A DNA stretch of 63,968 bases, filler included, from Nanobdellota archaeon (GCA_003660925.1; 7 parts of 7 records of this genome joined end to end with filler, not necessarily neighbours in it); one strand, 5' to 3'; shown: positions 48,633 through 59,707, counted from the first letter of the whole stretch. A program made the numbers and translations. Notes: generated by a model from the letters alone, not told the origin.

Positions 48633-49294
48633 ATGAGGGCCATATGGAAGGGGAGCATTTCTTTCGGGCTCGTTAGCATTCCCGTAAAACTCTACACTGC
48701 CACTGAGACGAGATTGATCTCCTTGAAGGAATTATGTCCCCACTGTCACTCACCCCTCAAACATAAAAGATGGTGCCCTAAGTGCGAGAAGGAGATTGCT
48801 TGGGAAGAGGTGGTGAGGGGTTTTGAAATAGCCAAGGATCAGTACGTTCTCATATCCAAGAAAGAGTTGGATGCCATAAAGCTCAAGTCCACTAAGAGAA
48901 TCGAGATCGTGGGCTTCATAGACGAGGACATAGAACCCATCTACTTGGAGAAACACTACTACCTTTCCCCTGAGGAAGGTGGGGAAAGGGCTTTCTTCCT
49001 CCTCGTGAGGGCGATGAAGGAGCTGAACAAAATAGCTATAGGGAGGGTGGTGATGAAGAATAAGGAGTATGTGGTGGCCCTCACACCTTACAAGAATGGC
49101 CTCCTCCTCTCCACTTTACACTACGCTTACGAAATAAGAGGTATGCCGGAGATAGAGGAGGCAAAAGTGAGTCGGGAGGAATTAGAACTGGCAAAGGAGC
49201 TGATAAAGAAGATGAGCATGAAACTCGACATGAGTAGGTTCAAGGATGAATACGCTGAGGCTTTCAAGGAGATGATAAAGAAGAAGCTTAAGGG
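48633..49294 (+). CDS. ku: Prokaryotic Ku (NHEJ DNA end-binding protein), truncated
   Basis: MRAIWKGSISFGLVSIPVKLY, VRGFE, YYLSP, ELELAKELI and FKDEY. Confidence 0.95.
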
Positions 49295-49394
49295 NNNNNN
49301 NNNNNNNNNNNNNNNNNNNNNNNNNNNNNNNNNNNNNNTTAATTAATTAANNNNNNNNNNNNNNNNNNNNNNNNNNNNNNNNNNNNNNNNNNNN
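49295..49394. other. Artificial contig linker
   Basis: N-run + TTAATTAATTAA + N-run. Confidence 0.99.
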
Positions 49395-49595
49395 CCCAAC
49401 GATCCCGACTTCACTCATCCTAGTGATGGTATTTCCACCACCACCTCCTACCCCCACTACCTTTATCGCTGTTCTTTTCTTCTCCAGCAATTCCAAGAGC
49501 TCCCTATCCACGTCCTTCGTCTTGGACTCGATCCTTGGTGCCTTAACACCCTCTACAGGAGTTTCCTCAATCGCCTCTTCAATGATGCTCGCCAT
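49395..49595 (-). CDS. ftsZ: Cell division protein FtsZ, N-terminal fragment
   Basis: DRELLELL..IKVVGVGGGGGNTITR. Confidence 0.92.
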
Positions 49596-49637
49596 CTTTC
49601 AACACCGTTTAATAAAAACTCACCGCCATTTTTATAT

Positions 49638-50210
49638 TTATTTCCAAACCTGGGTGAACAAGAGCTCCTTCACGCCTAACCATCTCTTAGCATCCTCAAA
49701 TATCCTCCTCTTGACGATCTCCGGGACCTCTCCTTCGTAAAATATCTGGTTCCCTTCCACCCTCCCTTCTCTCCCCGTGTGAAACTTGAAGAGCCCTTTC
49801 AACTTTTCCCCTTTCCCCTTAACTACCTTTAGGATCCTCACTTTATAGTGTAACTTCTTTCCAGCTAACGGGTGATTGAAGTCCACTACCACCCTCCCTC
49901 CAACACTCACTATCTTTCCTACGAGATTATCCACGTTCACGGTCATGCCAGGAACGGGGTTAACTCCTTCCCTCTTAAAGACGCCTCTGGGGATTATCCT
50001 CACTAACTTCTCGCTCCTCTCTCCAAACCCATCTTTCGGTTCTATGTCCACCTCAAATTCTTCCCCAACTTTTTTCCCGATCAAGGCCTTCTCCAAACCT
50101 CTTATCACGTGCCCCGCACCCACTATTATCATGACCTCATTCTCATCGAACTTCTTTCCATCAGCGAACCCCTCGTACTTTATCCTCACGAAATCCCCTT
50201 CCTTTATCAT
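49638..50210 (-). CDS. FKBP-type peptidyl-prolyl isomerase (SlyD-like)
   Basis: VGAGHVIRGLE, GFGER and VDFNHPLAGK. Confidence 0.93.
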   Translation of the reverse strand: MIKEGDFVRIKYEGFADGKKFDENEVMIIVGAGHVIRGLEKALIGKKVGEEFEVDIEPKDGFGERSEKLVRIIPRGVFKREGVNPVPGMTVNVDNLVGKIVSVGGRVVVDFNHPLAGKKLHYKVRILKVVKGKGEKLKGLFKFHTGREGRVEGNQIFYEGEVPEIVKRRIFEDAKRWLGVKELLFTQVWK

Positions 50211-50236
50211 CGAACCACCTCAAAAAATAAGAAAGA

Positions 50237-50503
50237 TCACTTAGAGAGCTCGATGTTTATCGTTGACACGTTTCCTGGCTTCTCTCCCTTGATCTCTTCC
50301 GTCCCTATTTCCACTTTGGTAACCTTGGCTTCTGGCATGAACTTGTTCCTCACGATCTCTGCCACATCTACTGCCCTAGAAATGGCCCTTCCCCTGGCTT
50401 TTATGGACACAGTCTTGGCCCCGTTGTGGAACTGGGTCACAACCGCGAGCACGTAGTTCATCGAGGGTTTGTTTCCCACATAGACCACATTTTCTTCTGC
50501 CAT
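50237..50503 (-). CDS. albA: Chromatin protein Alba
   Basis: [38 protein letters not shown] upstream. Confidence 0.97.
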   Translation of the reverse strand: MAEENVVYVGNKPSMNYVLAVVTQFHNGAKTVSIKARGRAISRAVDVAEIVRNKFMPEAKVTKVEIGTEEIKGEKPGNVSTINIELSK

Positions 50504-50552
50504 TCTTGCTCACCTCCTCTGTTTCCCTAAGGAAGGTGGATTTAAAAACTTT

Positions 50553-52250
50553 TCAAGTAGGGGAGATGTGCAGGGGTTTACAGTAACAAGTACAATCTCC
50601 TCCGAGACACTCGTAATCGAGGAGCATTTTTCCCCTGTCAGCACAGTAGTCCACACAATAATTCCTACAGCAAGTATCATAGCAAGAGGAAGTTCTCGTA
50701 ACAGTGTACTTACACTGACCCGAACTGCAGTAGTAATCCTTGTATTCCGCTTCTGCTTCATTCCCAGTGCAGTACCAACCATCCTTCAAGTCACAATCAA
50801 AGGAGGACGTCACGTCATAGTCGCATCCTCCCTCTCCGTCACAGTAGTAGTCCCTGTATTCCCTCACGTTCCCGCTGGCACAGTAGTAACCATCATATTG
50901 GTCGCAGTCCACGGTCGTGTAGACACACTTATGCTCGGAGTTACAGCTATCCACGGTGCAAGGATCCCCATCATCACAATCCGAGTCGCTGTAGCAGTAC
51001 ACACCAGACGCTCCATACTTGCAACTCTCACTCAACTCACAACTGGAGTAACACTTTCCTGTGAGTAAACAGAGGGACCAATCATACCCGTACTCGCAGT
51101 ATGGGGTTTGGAAGTTGTCGGGAGAGAAGCATCCCTCTGGACTCGTGCAAGGCGGGCAGGGCCACCCCTCATCTCCACAGGTGTTAGATGTGCAGTAATA
51201 ACCAGTCTTACAATCTGTCCCCTCCTCATTACATCCGTAGAGGCACTCAGTCCAAGTGTCATAAACACAAGTTCCTGACTGACACGTTCCTGACAACAAC
51301 TCACCATCAGTGCACACGCTACAACTGGTGTCACTCAATGGGCGATACGTACACTTGTAGTTCTCGCACCTGTCTTGGGTGCATGGATTATTATCGTCAC
51401 AATCGGCATCACTCACACAAGTCCCGCACACACCATTTATGCAGAACTCGCCAGGAGCACAAGCGTTTCCACAGGAGCCACAATTATTCTCGTCCTCAAG
51501 TACATTCACCTCACACCCGTCTGAGAGGTCGTTGTTACAATCAGCCCACCCGTCTTCACAGGTGCAGTCCGCGTTGAGGTGATTGCTCAAATCTACCTCA
51601 CACCCATTGGACCAGTCCCCGTCACAATTACCCCAGCCCACCTCACATTCGAAGGAACACTGACCATTCACGCACTGAGATATGGTGTGAGGTCTTGTAC
51701 AATCATTGCCACAGGAACCACAGTTATAGACGTCACTCATCAAGTCTACTTCACATCCGTTGCTCCAATCTCCATCGCAATTAGCCCACCCCTCGTCACA
51801 TGAATATCGACACTCTCCGTTCACGCATGCTTGGGTCCCATGGAGGTTCGTGAGGTCATAGCAAGCGGAACCACAAGCCCCACAGTTGTTGATATCGTTC
51901 AGTAAGTCAGTCTCGCATCCGTTGCTCCCTTCTTGAGCTAAGTTCAGGTCACAGTCTCCCCAACCTTCCTGACAATAGCACATCCCTCCATGGGTGGTGT
52001 TGCTCGTCCAGAATGGAGAACTATCATCGTAAACAGAATGTCCGCTCACGAGGTCGCTCCCACACCCATTCATCCAGTCACCATCACAATTCCCCCACCC
52101 ACTCTCACAAGAGAAGCCACAAGTATTGTTCACTAAGCAGACGGGCAAGGTATGTACCTGATTTTCGATGACCCTACATATGCAGTCCTCTGGAGCGGTC
52201 AGACAGCCTTCCCCCACCAGGGGTTGACATATTCCATCTCCCCTGAAGGA
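50553..52250 (-). repeat. Cys-rich protein repeat array
   Basis: 5x C-x-x-GW-x-(N/D)C...(N/D)GC-x-x-(D/N), 3x NCG(A/S)CG, 2x DCDD-x-x-PCT-x-D-x-C and 2x DG(Y/W)YC...EY(R/K)DYYC. Confidence 0.85.
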
Positions 52251-55200
52251 GAGCATCAGGGCATTGTATTTCTCCTCGAACTTGGACGGCACGTATTGAT
52301 ATGTCTGTGGGCTCACCACGATGTCGAAGCTCACGTTCCAAGATAGTGGGTGAATGTATGGCTTGAAATAATACATGGCCACATCCGAACCCTCATAGGT
52401 CCAGTTGTTGTAATAGAACATGCAAACGACCACATAACCCCTTGTCGTGTTGTGTTCCTTACCTACCAACAATTCGTTCCCCCACTCGTCCCTATCGATG
52501 AGACAGTCGCTTATTTTCCCGTTCTCCACATCGCAAAGGACTGGCTCCACCTCTCTCGCGCTCTCTCCTATCTCGTTGAGGAAGAAGACATCTGGGTCCT
52601 GGCCATCTACCTGGCCCTCTTCTATCGTGTTGAACTTCACCTCGTGGATGCCAACCCTCATGATCCCGAAGAAGAAACTTGTTGGGGCGTAACCGCATGT
52701 GGTTCCAAATACCCTATCTTCGCCCAAATCCGTCAGGTCATCACAGTTCCTTGAAGTTCCTGAGTCTATCCACCTCCTAGCGTAATAATTCAGGGAACCA
52801 TCGCTGACGAAGGTCCCCCCATACTCGGAGTTGAAGTCCTTGGCGCTGGACTTTAAGGTGTCAAAATCTAAGTTCTCATAGTTTTCCAATATCAAAGAAC
52901 TGTCAGGGTAAGAGATCTTCTCATTAGAGGTCCCATAGATTTGGGAGATGTATAAGTCTGAGACGAACGCATCCGTCCTCACAGTTCCAGGGTCGAATTC
53001 GTAAACGTACTCCTTCCTTCCGAGGTCGTCAGCTATGGTCAAGTACTTCGAGTTCCCGAAGATCTCGTAATCACTTTCCTTTGAGGAACGCAGGTAGGTA
53101 GTGGAGCTTATCCAAGAACCAAGCCATAACCTACTCGCTAAGTTATGATTCATGTCATTCGCGAAGGGCATGGTGAGGTTTTCCACCTCGACCCTCTCGA
53201 AGACTCCTGGGACGCCTCTGTAAATGCAAGAAGTCCTGTTAACATCTCCGTAGGAAAAGGTCAGACACTTCTTCACAGGACCATCATAATAGCCGACCTC
53301 CGGGGTACTCTCTATTTCGTTCCTGTCCCAGAACATGCCTCCCGAGACCCAATCTTCCTGGTCTAGGTCGCACGATTTAGAGTAAATTAGGGAGTCTGGG
53401 TCACACGTCATCTCATATTGCCCAAAACCAACTATGCAGGGCCCTGTCTTTTTGTTACAATCCAAGCTGTAACTCACGTTCATGACGTCCCCAAACAAGA
53501 CCAGGTCTTGATCGTCCACTCTTCCCCACTCTTTATCGTATTCCAAAATGGGGGCCAAGTCTCCGTAGTAAAACAACACCGACCTATCTTGACTTCTGTC
53601 CAACACGAACTCGAACTCACACTTCCCTCCGATCCTGCTGACCTCATAAGGCACTTCCCTCACGTATGGCTCTCCTTCAAGTTTCTCAAGGAGGAGGAAC
53701 TTCTCGCAATCCGTCTCGCTTATCAAGCTCACATTCACCGGGACATTTCCAACCCCCTGGGATTTGAACTTGATTTCCTTGAACTCAGAGTAACCATTTA
53801 GGTAGGTGGCGTTCACGGACCACATGAGATTCGGCGTTACGAACTTATGAGCACCGCTCACGTTCAGGGTAGCGGTGAGATTTTCCTCTAATTCCTTTAC
53901 TTCTATCACTACCCATATGGGCCTCCCGAACACCTGGAAGCCCACTACATCTTGAAATGTGGCCTTCCCTTGGGAGTCCGTGACTTCTGACTCGATCTCA
54001 TAGCCATCGCTCGCGTTGTAGAATGTGATGGTGTACCCCCCTGCTGGCTCTCCACCTATCCTTAACTCCACCTCTATCTCATCATCTCCATCCCCATTCC
54101 CATCATCGGTGAGCTCTAACCTGTAGTTGTCCTTGAGTTTGACCCCTGCCAAGAAGTCGTGCTCTTGGTCCAAGAGCACCACCAAGGTATGTGGTAAACG
54201 CTTCTCGCTGTAGGCGATGGTTACTTCCCCCTCACTTCCAGTAACCCCCTTAAGGATTTTTTCCTGGTTGATGAAGTAGACCTCATACCCAGCCAACGGG
54301 ATCTGAACTGGAGCCTCCTGAATCCACACGCAGGCCTGCGAATCCCTGACCATTTCAAAGGTAAAGTTATTGGTCAGGAAGGGATTCACATCCGAGGTGA
54401 GGTTGGCTACGTATTGGTCTATGTCCATGGGAGGATGGGACTCATTCACGACGGACGGGAGCCTTCCGAACAGGAGATTCCCCTCCGCGTCGTATAAACT
54501 CACATTGAACCTCTGGCCAGAAGAGAACATTCCAAAGCAGAAGGTGTCATTTTCATTCAGTTTTCCTTCTGTTATTAAACTCCCATCTAACGCATATATC
54601 CTCACCACGAAACCTTCATAGCTCTCTTGGGAAGTGGCTCCCGCTAACGCCCTGAAGGTGAAGGGAGTAGCACCAAGGAGATATAGCGAATAGTTGTACA
54701 GCTCACTCCTCCCCTCCCTGACCATTTCTATAGGGGAAGGACTGTTGAAGTAGTCGTAAAACTTCTTCGCCTCTTGCTCGTCATTCGCTAGGTAAGCCGC
54801 CACCTTAAAGCTTTGGGTCGCGTTTATCTCCGTCTCCACCTTTGGGTACTTCTCGGTTAGGTCCACGCTCATCCCCATCAGATAGGCCCTTGGGATGAAG
54901 AAGGCTCCGGCGAACCTGTTCACCCTCTTGACGTCATTCGCGAAATCCCACGTCGCATTTTTCTTTCCATTGCCCATCCAGAAGTAGAAGAAGGAATCGG
55001 AATCCAAGGTGCTGGCAACGCATCCGAGACAATCTTGACAGGTTATCCCGTTATCTAGCCCTATGTCTCCTTGTACTCTCAGCGAGTTGTCTTGGGCGTA
55101 TGCCATGAAGTTCTGGAGCTTCGAATCAAGGAAGGAGTAGAGGAGGTCCAAACTCGTTTTTTTCAGGGTGAGATTCGCCAAGTAATCGTTCACGTCCAAT

Positions 55201-57188
55201 GTGGAGAGGTCCTTGGCGTGCCTCAGCTTCGCCTCTTCATCGTAGAATAGGATCTTCACGCTCTTCTGGTTCCTAGTTAGTCTCGCTGGCAAGGAGAGGA
55301 CGAAGATCGCTTCCTCCCCGACTTCTATCTTCCCATCCCATTCCTTACTCTCATATACCCACTCCACGTTGCTCGTCCTCACATCGCTCAACCAAAATCC
55401 CCAGTACTTCCCTCCGAGGAAGGAACCCATGCTCGTGTCTTGAACCACGTTCCCATCCGGCTCAAACAAACGAACCATGACTATCTCTCCATCATCGTCG
55501 AACTTCAGGTCGTATACCCCTTGTTTTTCGAGCAAGTTGTTCAACAACGAGTTGTCCCTGGCATCCACGAAACCAGCATCCGCCTTGGCGAAGATCAGGA
55601 TGGGCTTGGTTATGTTGTTGCTCCCCACATTCCTCACTCTTATGGCGAAGGAGATGTAATCGTCAGAGGCGAATAGCAGGGGTTTCTTAGTGGGGTCTTT
55701 CCTCACGGTCCAAGTGTCTCTGTTGACCTTTGGGAGCAAGGTATAGCGATGGAACTCTCCCAGCTCGTTGAACACGTAAAAGTCCACGAGCTCGACCTCA
55801 GTGTAATTTCCTATCCAACCATCCCTAGAACATTCTACATCGTTCACGAACCTCCCCTGGTCCTTCTCCACACAGACACCATATCTCCCACAATCTTTGG
55901 TGTAATCGCCCGACTGGGAAGCGTCGCAGACGCACAACTCCTTCCCCCCTTTCTTCACGACGTCGGTGAATAGTGGAGGGTAGTAAACACCGTTCTCTAC
56001 CCTCTCATCGTAGAAACAGAGGCTCTTCACCCTCAGGTCCAGCTCACCCTGGCACTCGTCTGAGGCGAGCTCCCCTTCGAGGCAGGGGCATGTCTCAGCA
56101 TTGATCAAGTCACAATCGGAAAAACCCGTGTCCGTGAGCCTTATGAGGTCGTAATACTTGAGGAAAACGCTTTCCCCACCGTAGCTGTTCACCTCGTATC
56201 CACTGCATCTGTCCTTCCCTATTGGGCAGACTTTGAATGCTCCCACAGCATAACTCTCCTCCAAGGATTGTTCTTGAGAAGTGAAGGGACCGGTCTTGCT
56301 CCACCACCTACAACCAGGGATGAAGAGAGGTATGGGTACTTCTGAGATGCCAGCGCCACAACTCACCTCTAACATGGCATACCTGCTCCTATCATATCTC
56401 AGTCCCCTGTCGTACATCTCCACCGGTTCCGTTCTGTAGAATGTGTAACCATCAGCGGTGTAACTCACCTCTTCATGAGCTATCGTCTTCTTTTCTCCCT
56501 CCTCCCTTGGGTCCACTATCCAACCAGAATAGAAGGGCTCGTAGTAGAGGATCACCTCGTAACCAATGTCCTCCATTTTTTGCCTCCACATCGAGCCACA
56601 GATGGGATTTGAGATGACGTCATAACCCTGATACCTTCCGAAGAAGGTGTCGTCTTGAATGGAAATTTGGGTGATGGAGGAGATGTCGTTCAATTCCGTT
56701 CTCTGGGCAAAATACAAGTTACTGGTAGAACTCCCACATTTGTAGTAATACCTTCCCAAGTACCAGTTCTCCGCTTTGTAACAACTATAACAAGTCCCGC
56801 CTTGAATTATGTCAGAGGTGCAGAGGAACACGGAAGTTACCACCTCACTGTTCTCGCAAGGCTCGCATGCTGTGAAGCTCGTGTTCCACGTACACCTCGC
56901 GTCAACACGGGTAGTGCAACCTTCCTGCCAGCAAACATCACTGCAGGTCTCATTACACACCTCGTAGTTGCAAGCCCATCCAGTGCCTGCCCCACAATCT
57001 TCTTTGTAGATGAAGTGACCGAGAACATTTTCTGAGATACACTCTTGGAAGTCATCCATACAAGGTTGCCAAAAGGCGCAAGAGCCCCTGCTCACATCCC
57101 TCCAGTAAGTGGTCCCTTGCGGACAATCCCCAAAGGAGGTGGAAAGGAGTAGGAAGAACGTGCAGATGAGGAGAAGATTCCTTTTCAT
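50553..57188 (-). CDS. Giant secreted cysteine-rich repeat protein (~2,210 aa)
   Basis: Signal peptide MKRNLLLICTFFLLLSTSFG; acidic; Cys-rich N- and C-terminal regions; Ig-like middle (TDSQGKATF). Confidence 0.85.
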   Translation of the reverse strand: MKRNLLLICTFFLLLSTSFGDCPQGTTYWRDVSRGSCAFWQPCMDDFQECISENVLGHFIYKEDCGAGTGWACNYEVCNETCSDVCWQEGCTTRVDARCTWNTSFTACEPCENSEVVTSVFLCTSDIIQGGTCYSCYKAENWYLGRYYYKCGSSTSNLYFAQRTELNDISSITQISIQDDTFFGRYQGYDVISNPICGSMWRQKMEDIGYEVILYYEPFYSGWIVDPREEGEKKTIAHEEVSYTADGYTFYRTEPVEMYDRGLRYDRSRYAMLEVSCGAGISEVPIPLFIPGCRWWSKTGPFTSQEQSLEESYAVGAFKVCPIGKDRCSGYEVNSYGGESVFLKYYDLIRLTDTGFSDCDLINAETCPCLEGELASDECQGELDLRVKSLCFYDERVENGVYYPPLFTDVVKKGGKELCVCDASQSGDYTKDCGRYGVCVEKDQGRFVNDVECSRDGWIGNYTEVELVDFYVFNELGEFHRYTLLPKVNRDTWTVRKDPTKKPLLFASDDYISFAIRVRNVGSNNITKPILIFAKADAGFVDARDNSLLNNLLEKQGVYDLKFDDDGEIVMVRLFEPDGNVVQDTSMGSFLGGKYWGFWLSDVRTSNVEWVYESKEWDGKIEVGEEAIFVLSLPARLTRNQKSVKILFYDEEAKLRHAKDLSTLDVNDYLANLTLKKTSLDLLYSFLDSKLQNFMAYAQDNSLRVQGDIGLDNGITCQDCLGCVASTLDSDSFFYFWMGNGKKNATWDFANDVKRVNRFAGAFFIPRAYLMGMSVDLTEKYPKVETEINATQSFKVAAYLANDEQEAKKFYDYFNSPSPIEMVREGRSELYNYSLYLLGATPFTFRALAGATSQESYEGFVVRIYALDGSLITEGKLNENDTFCFGMFSSGQRFNVSLYDAEGNLLFGRLPSVVNESHPPMDIDQYVANLTSDVNPFLTNNFTFEMVRDSQACVWIQEAPVQIPLAGYEVYFINQEKILKGVTGSEGEVTIAYSEKRLPHTLVVLLDQEHDFLAGVKLKDNYRLELTDDGNGDGDDEIEVELRIGGEPAGGYTITFYNASDGYEIESEVTDSQGKATFQDVVGFQVFGRPIWVVIEVKELEENLTATLNVSGAHKFVTPNLMWSVNATYLNGYSEFKEIKFKSQGVGNVPVNVSLISETDCEKFLLLEKLEGEPYVREVPYEVSRIGGKCEFEFVLDRSQDRSVLFYYGDLAPILEYDKEWGRVDDQDLVLFGDVMNVSYSLDCNKKTGPCIVGFGQYEMTCDPDSLIYSKSCDLDQEDWVSGGMFWDRNEIESTPEVGYYDGPVKKCLTFSYGDVNRTSCIYRGVPGVFERVEVENLTMPFANDMNHNLASRLWLGSWISSTTYLRSSKESDYEIFGNSKYLTIADDLGRKEYVYEFDPGTVRTDAFVSDLYISQIYGTSNEKISYPDSSLILENYENLDFDTLKSSAKDFNSEYGGTFVSDGSLNYYARRWIDSGTSRNCDDLTDLGEDRVFGTTCGYAPTSFFFGIMRVGIHEVKFNTIEEGQVDGQDPDVFFLNEIGESAREVEPVLCDVENGKISDCLIDRDEWGNELLVGKEHNTTRGYVVVCMFYYNNWTYEGSDVAMYYFKPYIHPLSWNVSFDIVVSPQTYQYVPSKFEEKYNALMLSFRGDGICQPLVGEGCLTAPEDCICRVIENQVHTLPVCLVNNTCGFSCESGWGNCDGDWMNGCGSDLVSGHSVYDDSSPFWTSNTTHGGMCYCQEGWGDCDLNLAQEGSNGCETDLLNDINNCGACGSACYDLTNLHGTQACVNGECRYSCDEGWANCDGDWSNGCEVDLMSDVYNCGSCGNDCTRPHTISQCVNGQCSFECEVGWGNCDGDWSNGCEVDLSNHLNADCTCEDGWADCNNDLSDGCEVNVLEDENNCGSCGNACAPGEFCINGVCGTCVSDADCDDNNPCTQDRCENYKCTYRPLSDTSCSVCTDGELLSGTCQSGTCVYDTWTECLYGCNEEGTDCKTGYYCTSNTCGDEGWPCPPCTSPEGCFSPDNFQTPYCEYGYDWSLCLLTGKCYSSCELSESCKYGASGVYCYSDSDCDDGDPCTVDSCNSEHKCVYTTVDCDQYDGYYCASGNVREYRDYYCDGEGGCDYDVTSSFDCDLKDGWYCTGNEAEAEYKDYYCSSGQCKYTVTRTSSCYDTCCRNYCVDYCADRGKMLLDYECLGGDCTCYCKPLHISPT

Positions 57189-58390
57189 ATCATCCCACCC
57201 CAATAGGAGACACAACTTTTCTCCTTGGTGATAGTGACTGTTCCCCCTTCGGTTTCACACTCGTACTCCCTGATTATGGAGTTGGTGTCAGGGAGACACA
57301 CCGAACTCCTCACTAACTTACAACACTTATATTCGTCGACGACATCTTCGTAATCATTAGGGCAACAATAACCCTGAGCTGTACATGTCAGGGTGCTTCG
57401 GCAGTCACCTGTGTCCATGCAAGGGTCTTCTACCTCCCCGGTTGAGAGAGAGATCAGACACAAGGATGGGTCTGCTGAGATGCTCGAGTAGTTTTCCTCA
57501 CCGAACAAGAACTGCATGGGAATCCCTATGGTCAGGTTGTATCCAGTGGGATAGAAATCGTTATCAGCCGTGTAGGTCACGCGCATCTCCTCATCGTTAC
57601 ACAAGTTCTTCACCCTCACATCCATGCTCCTGACCGCTATGCTCCAAGGATACCCCGTCAACGCCTTTAACCTTTCTGGCGCCTTCTGTTCAAATATCCT
57701 CAGGAACTCCGCCAAGATGCTCTCCTCGGCAATAGGGGTGCAATCATTCCCCTTGTAATCACATTCACACACTTCAGTCGACTGGCCATCAAGGACCAAG
57801 TCATGACAATAAGTGCTGTCTATCTCATCCCATCTCCCCTCCCAACTCGTCCCCACCAACCCTAAATGCCAGATGAGACTCATCTTCCAGTCCTGCTTCG
57901 GGATGACATTTCCATCTTGAATTATCTTCAAGGTCTTCATCTCTACCACATCTAACAACAAGTCTAGGTTCCTCTTGATCTCCTCCTCCATGAAGTTATC
58001 CTCGACGAAGGACTTCCCGTAGGAGTATATGTCTGCGAACCCACCAGAATAGGTAACCCTGCTTAAGAGGCTTATACAGTTGGTTATGTTATATCTCCTC
58101 GAGGTGAAATCCAAGCACAGCTTGTCCCCTTCCGATGGGACGAAGTCGTAAACTATCACCCCTTTCTCCAAGCTTACCTCGCCTATGCTCTTACCTACTT
58201 TCTCCCATTGGACCCTGTCCGGGATGTAGTACAACATCTCCTTCTGAATGATGAAGGTCATGGGGTCCTCCTCCTCGAAGGAGACAAAATATCCGGTCAG
58301 GTTATCCACCAAGAAGACCTTGTAGACTTTCCCGTTGAAGTCCACCAAGTCACCATTCCTCAACTCCACCCAGTTCCCTGATGGATTACA
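57185..58390 (-). CDS. Large acidic Cys-containing protein, C-terminal fragment
   Basis: Open from the contig end; Cys-rich C-terminus; ATGA overlap with the giant gene. Confidence 0.75.
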   Translation of the reverse strand, partial: CNPSGNWVELRNGDLVDFNGKVYKVFLVDNLTGYFVSFEEEDPMTFIIQKEMLYYIPDRVQWEKVGKSIGEVSLEKGVIVYDFVPSEGDKLCLDFTSRRYNITNCISLLSRVTYSGGFADIYSYGKSFVEDNFMEEEIKRNLDLLLDVVEMKTLKIIQDGNVIPKQDWKMSLIWHLGLVGTSWEGRWDEIDSTYCHDLVLDGQSTEVCECDYKGNDCTPIAEESILAEFLRIFEQKAPERLKALTGYPWSIAVRSMDVRVKNLCNDEEMRVTYTADNDFYPTGYNLTIGIPMQFLFGEENYSSISADPSLCLISLSTGEVEDPCMDTGDCRSTLTCTAQGYCCPNDYEDVVDEYKCCKLVRSSVCLPDTNSIIREYECETEGGTVTITKEKSCVSYWGGMI

Positions 58391-58490
58391 NNNNNNNNNN
58401 NNNNNNNNNNNNNNNNNNNNNNNNNNNNNNNNNNTTAATTAATTAANNNNNNNNNNNNNNNNNNNNNNNNNNNNNNNNNNNNNNNNNNNN
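58391..58490. other. Artificial contig linker
   Basis: N-run + TTAATTAATTAA + N-run. Confidence 0.99.
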
Positions 58491-59673
58491 GAGGGTGCAG
58501 GTCGACGGGGAGGTGGAGATAGACTCCTCTCGGGTCGGGATAGTCTTCTGGAGGTCCTTGAGCGGGAAGTTGAAGGTGAGGAACTCTGAGATCGGCTTGA
58601 TGCACATTTGGTTTGGGGGAGGTCCGAGCAGGATAGAGATAAAGGGTTTAAAGTCAGGTAGTCGCCAAGATTTGAACCTCACCACCCCCGAAGGGGGTTC
58701 TCTCTCCTTGCAGGACACCACGGTGGCCATGTACTCTCTTTCCCTGTGGGGGATATACGACGAAGCGTGCCGGAAAGAATTAGTGGTGGAGGACTCGGAA
58801 CTCGCGGAGATATTCGCCGTGTTTCCCGTGGGCTCGGACGTGGAATTGGAGGATATGAGACCCCAATTTTACGATGACTGGAACATATACGATAACCCGA
58901 AGGTGGAGAACTTAACTTGGAACCTAACTCTCAAGAACGTCAAGCTTGAAAAGTGGAAGATAGACATCCAAGGAAAAGCGGCGATAAGGGATTCCTATTT
59001 CCACCTGGACACGTGGGGCTCGGAGAACGAGCCGGAAGTCGAGGTGGAGAACTCCACCATCATAACGATGCACACGAGGGGGAGCGGATACTTAAGATTT
59101 AAGGATGTAGTGTTCTCGAAGCCGGAGAAAGTCCCGATAAGGTTCTTGTACAATTTGGAAGATAAGCAAACGACGAAACCATTGGTGATTGAGTTCGAGC
59201 ACTGCACGATAGGTCCTAACGCCCTAATAGAGGTGGGAAGGGCACACGAGAACGAGAGCAGGATCATCCTTAAGGGGAACCTATCGTTCCGCATTCCCGA
59301 AAAGGAAATCTACTGGTTCGAGGGGAGGATAGATAGGGAGTACAGCGTCTTGGTTACCCACGAGAACGGAACCCCAATAGCCAACTCCAATTTCATCCTC
59401 TTGGATAACAGGGGGAATGAGGTGCTGAGGGGAACCACGAATGAGGACGGCGTGGTATCCTTCTTCGTGAATTTCACTAAGGAAAACTGGAACGAGAGCT
59501 GGACGCTTTATTTTCCTCCTTACAACCTAACTAAAGAGATAGGATTCCTGACCGATACCCCCATCCTCATAACTCCTAGCGGTGGGGTTGTTCTCAGCTC
59601 TCTCCTCGTCCCCCTCTTTTTGATGATTACCGTCATCTTACTTCTCCACCTGCTCAAACACAAGTTCCTCTGA
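58491..59673 (+). CDS. Surface protein fragment (beta-rich, Ig-like domain, C-terminal TM)
   Basis: ENGTPI...GTTNEDG motif, sequons and a C-terminal hydrophobic anchor. Confidence 0.7.
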
Positions 59674-59707
59674 CAAATTTTATTAAGGGATAGTTCCCTT
59701 TCTTCTC

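Noticed and set aside
50553..52250. DNA repeats as a CRISPR array or DGR template
   Set aside because: The repeats are degenerate and codon-phased, explained by protein repeats; no cas or reverse transcriptase genes are present.
10263..58490. Six recurring TTAATTAATTAA elements at roughly 10-kb spacing
   Set aside because: These are artificial linkers inside N-runs. Contig lengths decrease monotonically (9836, 9826, 9651, 9319, 8996 nt), so cross-gap neighbours such as Ku-ftsZ are not real.
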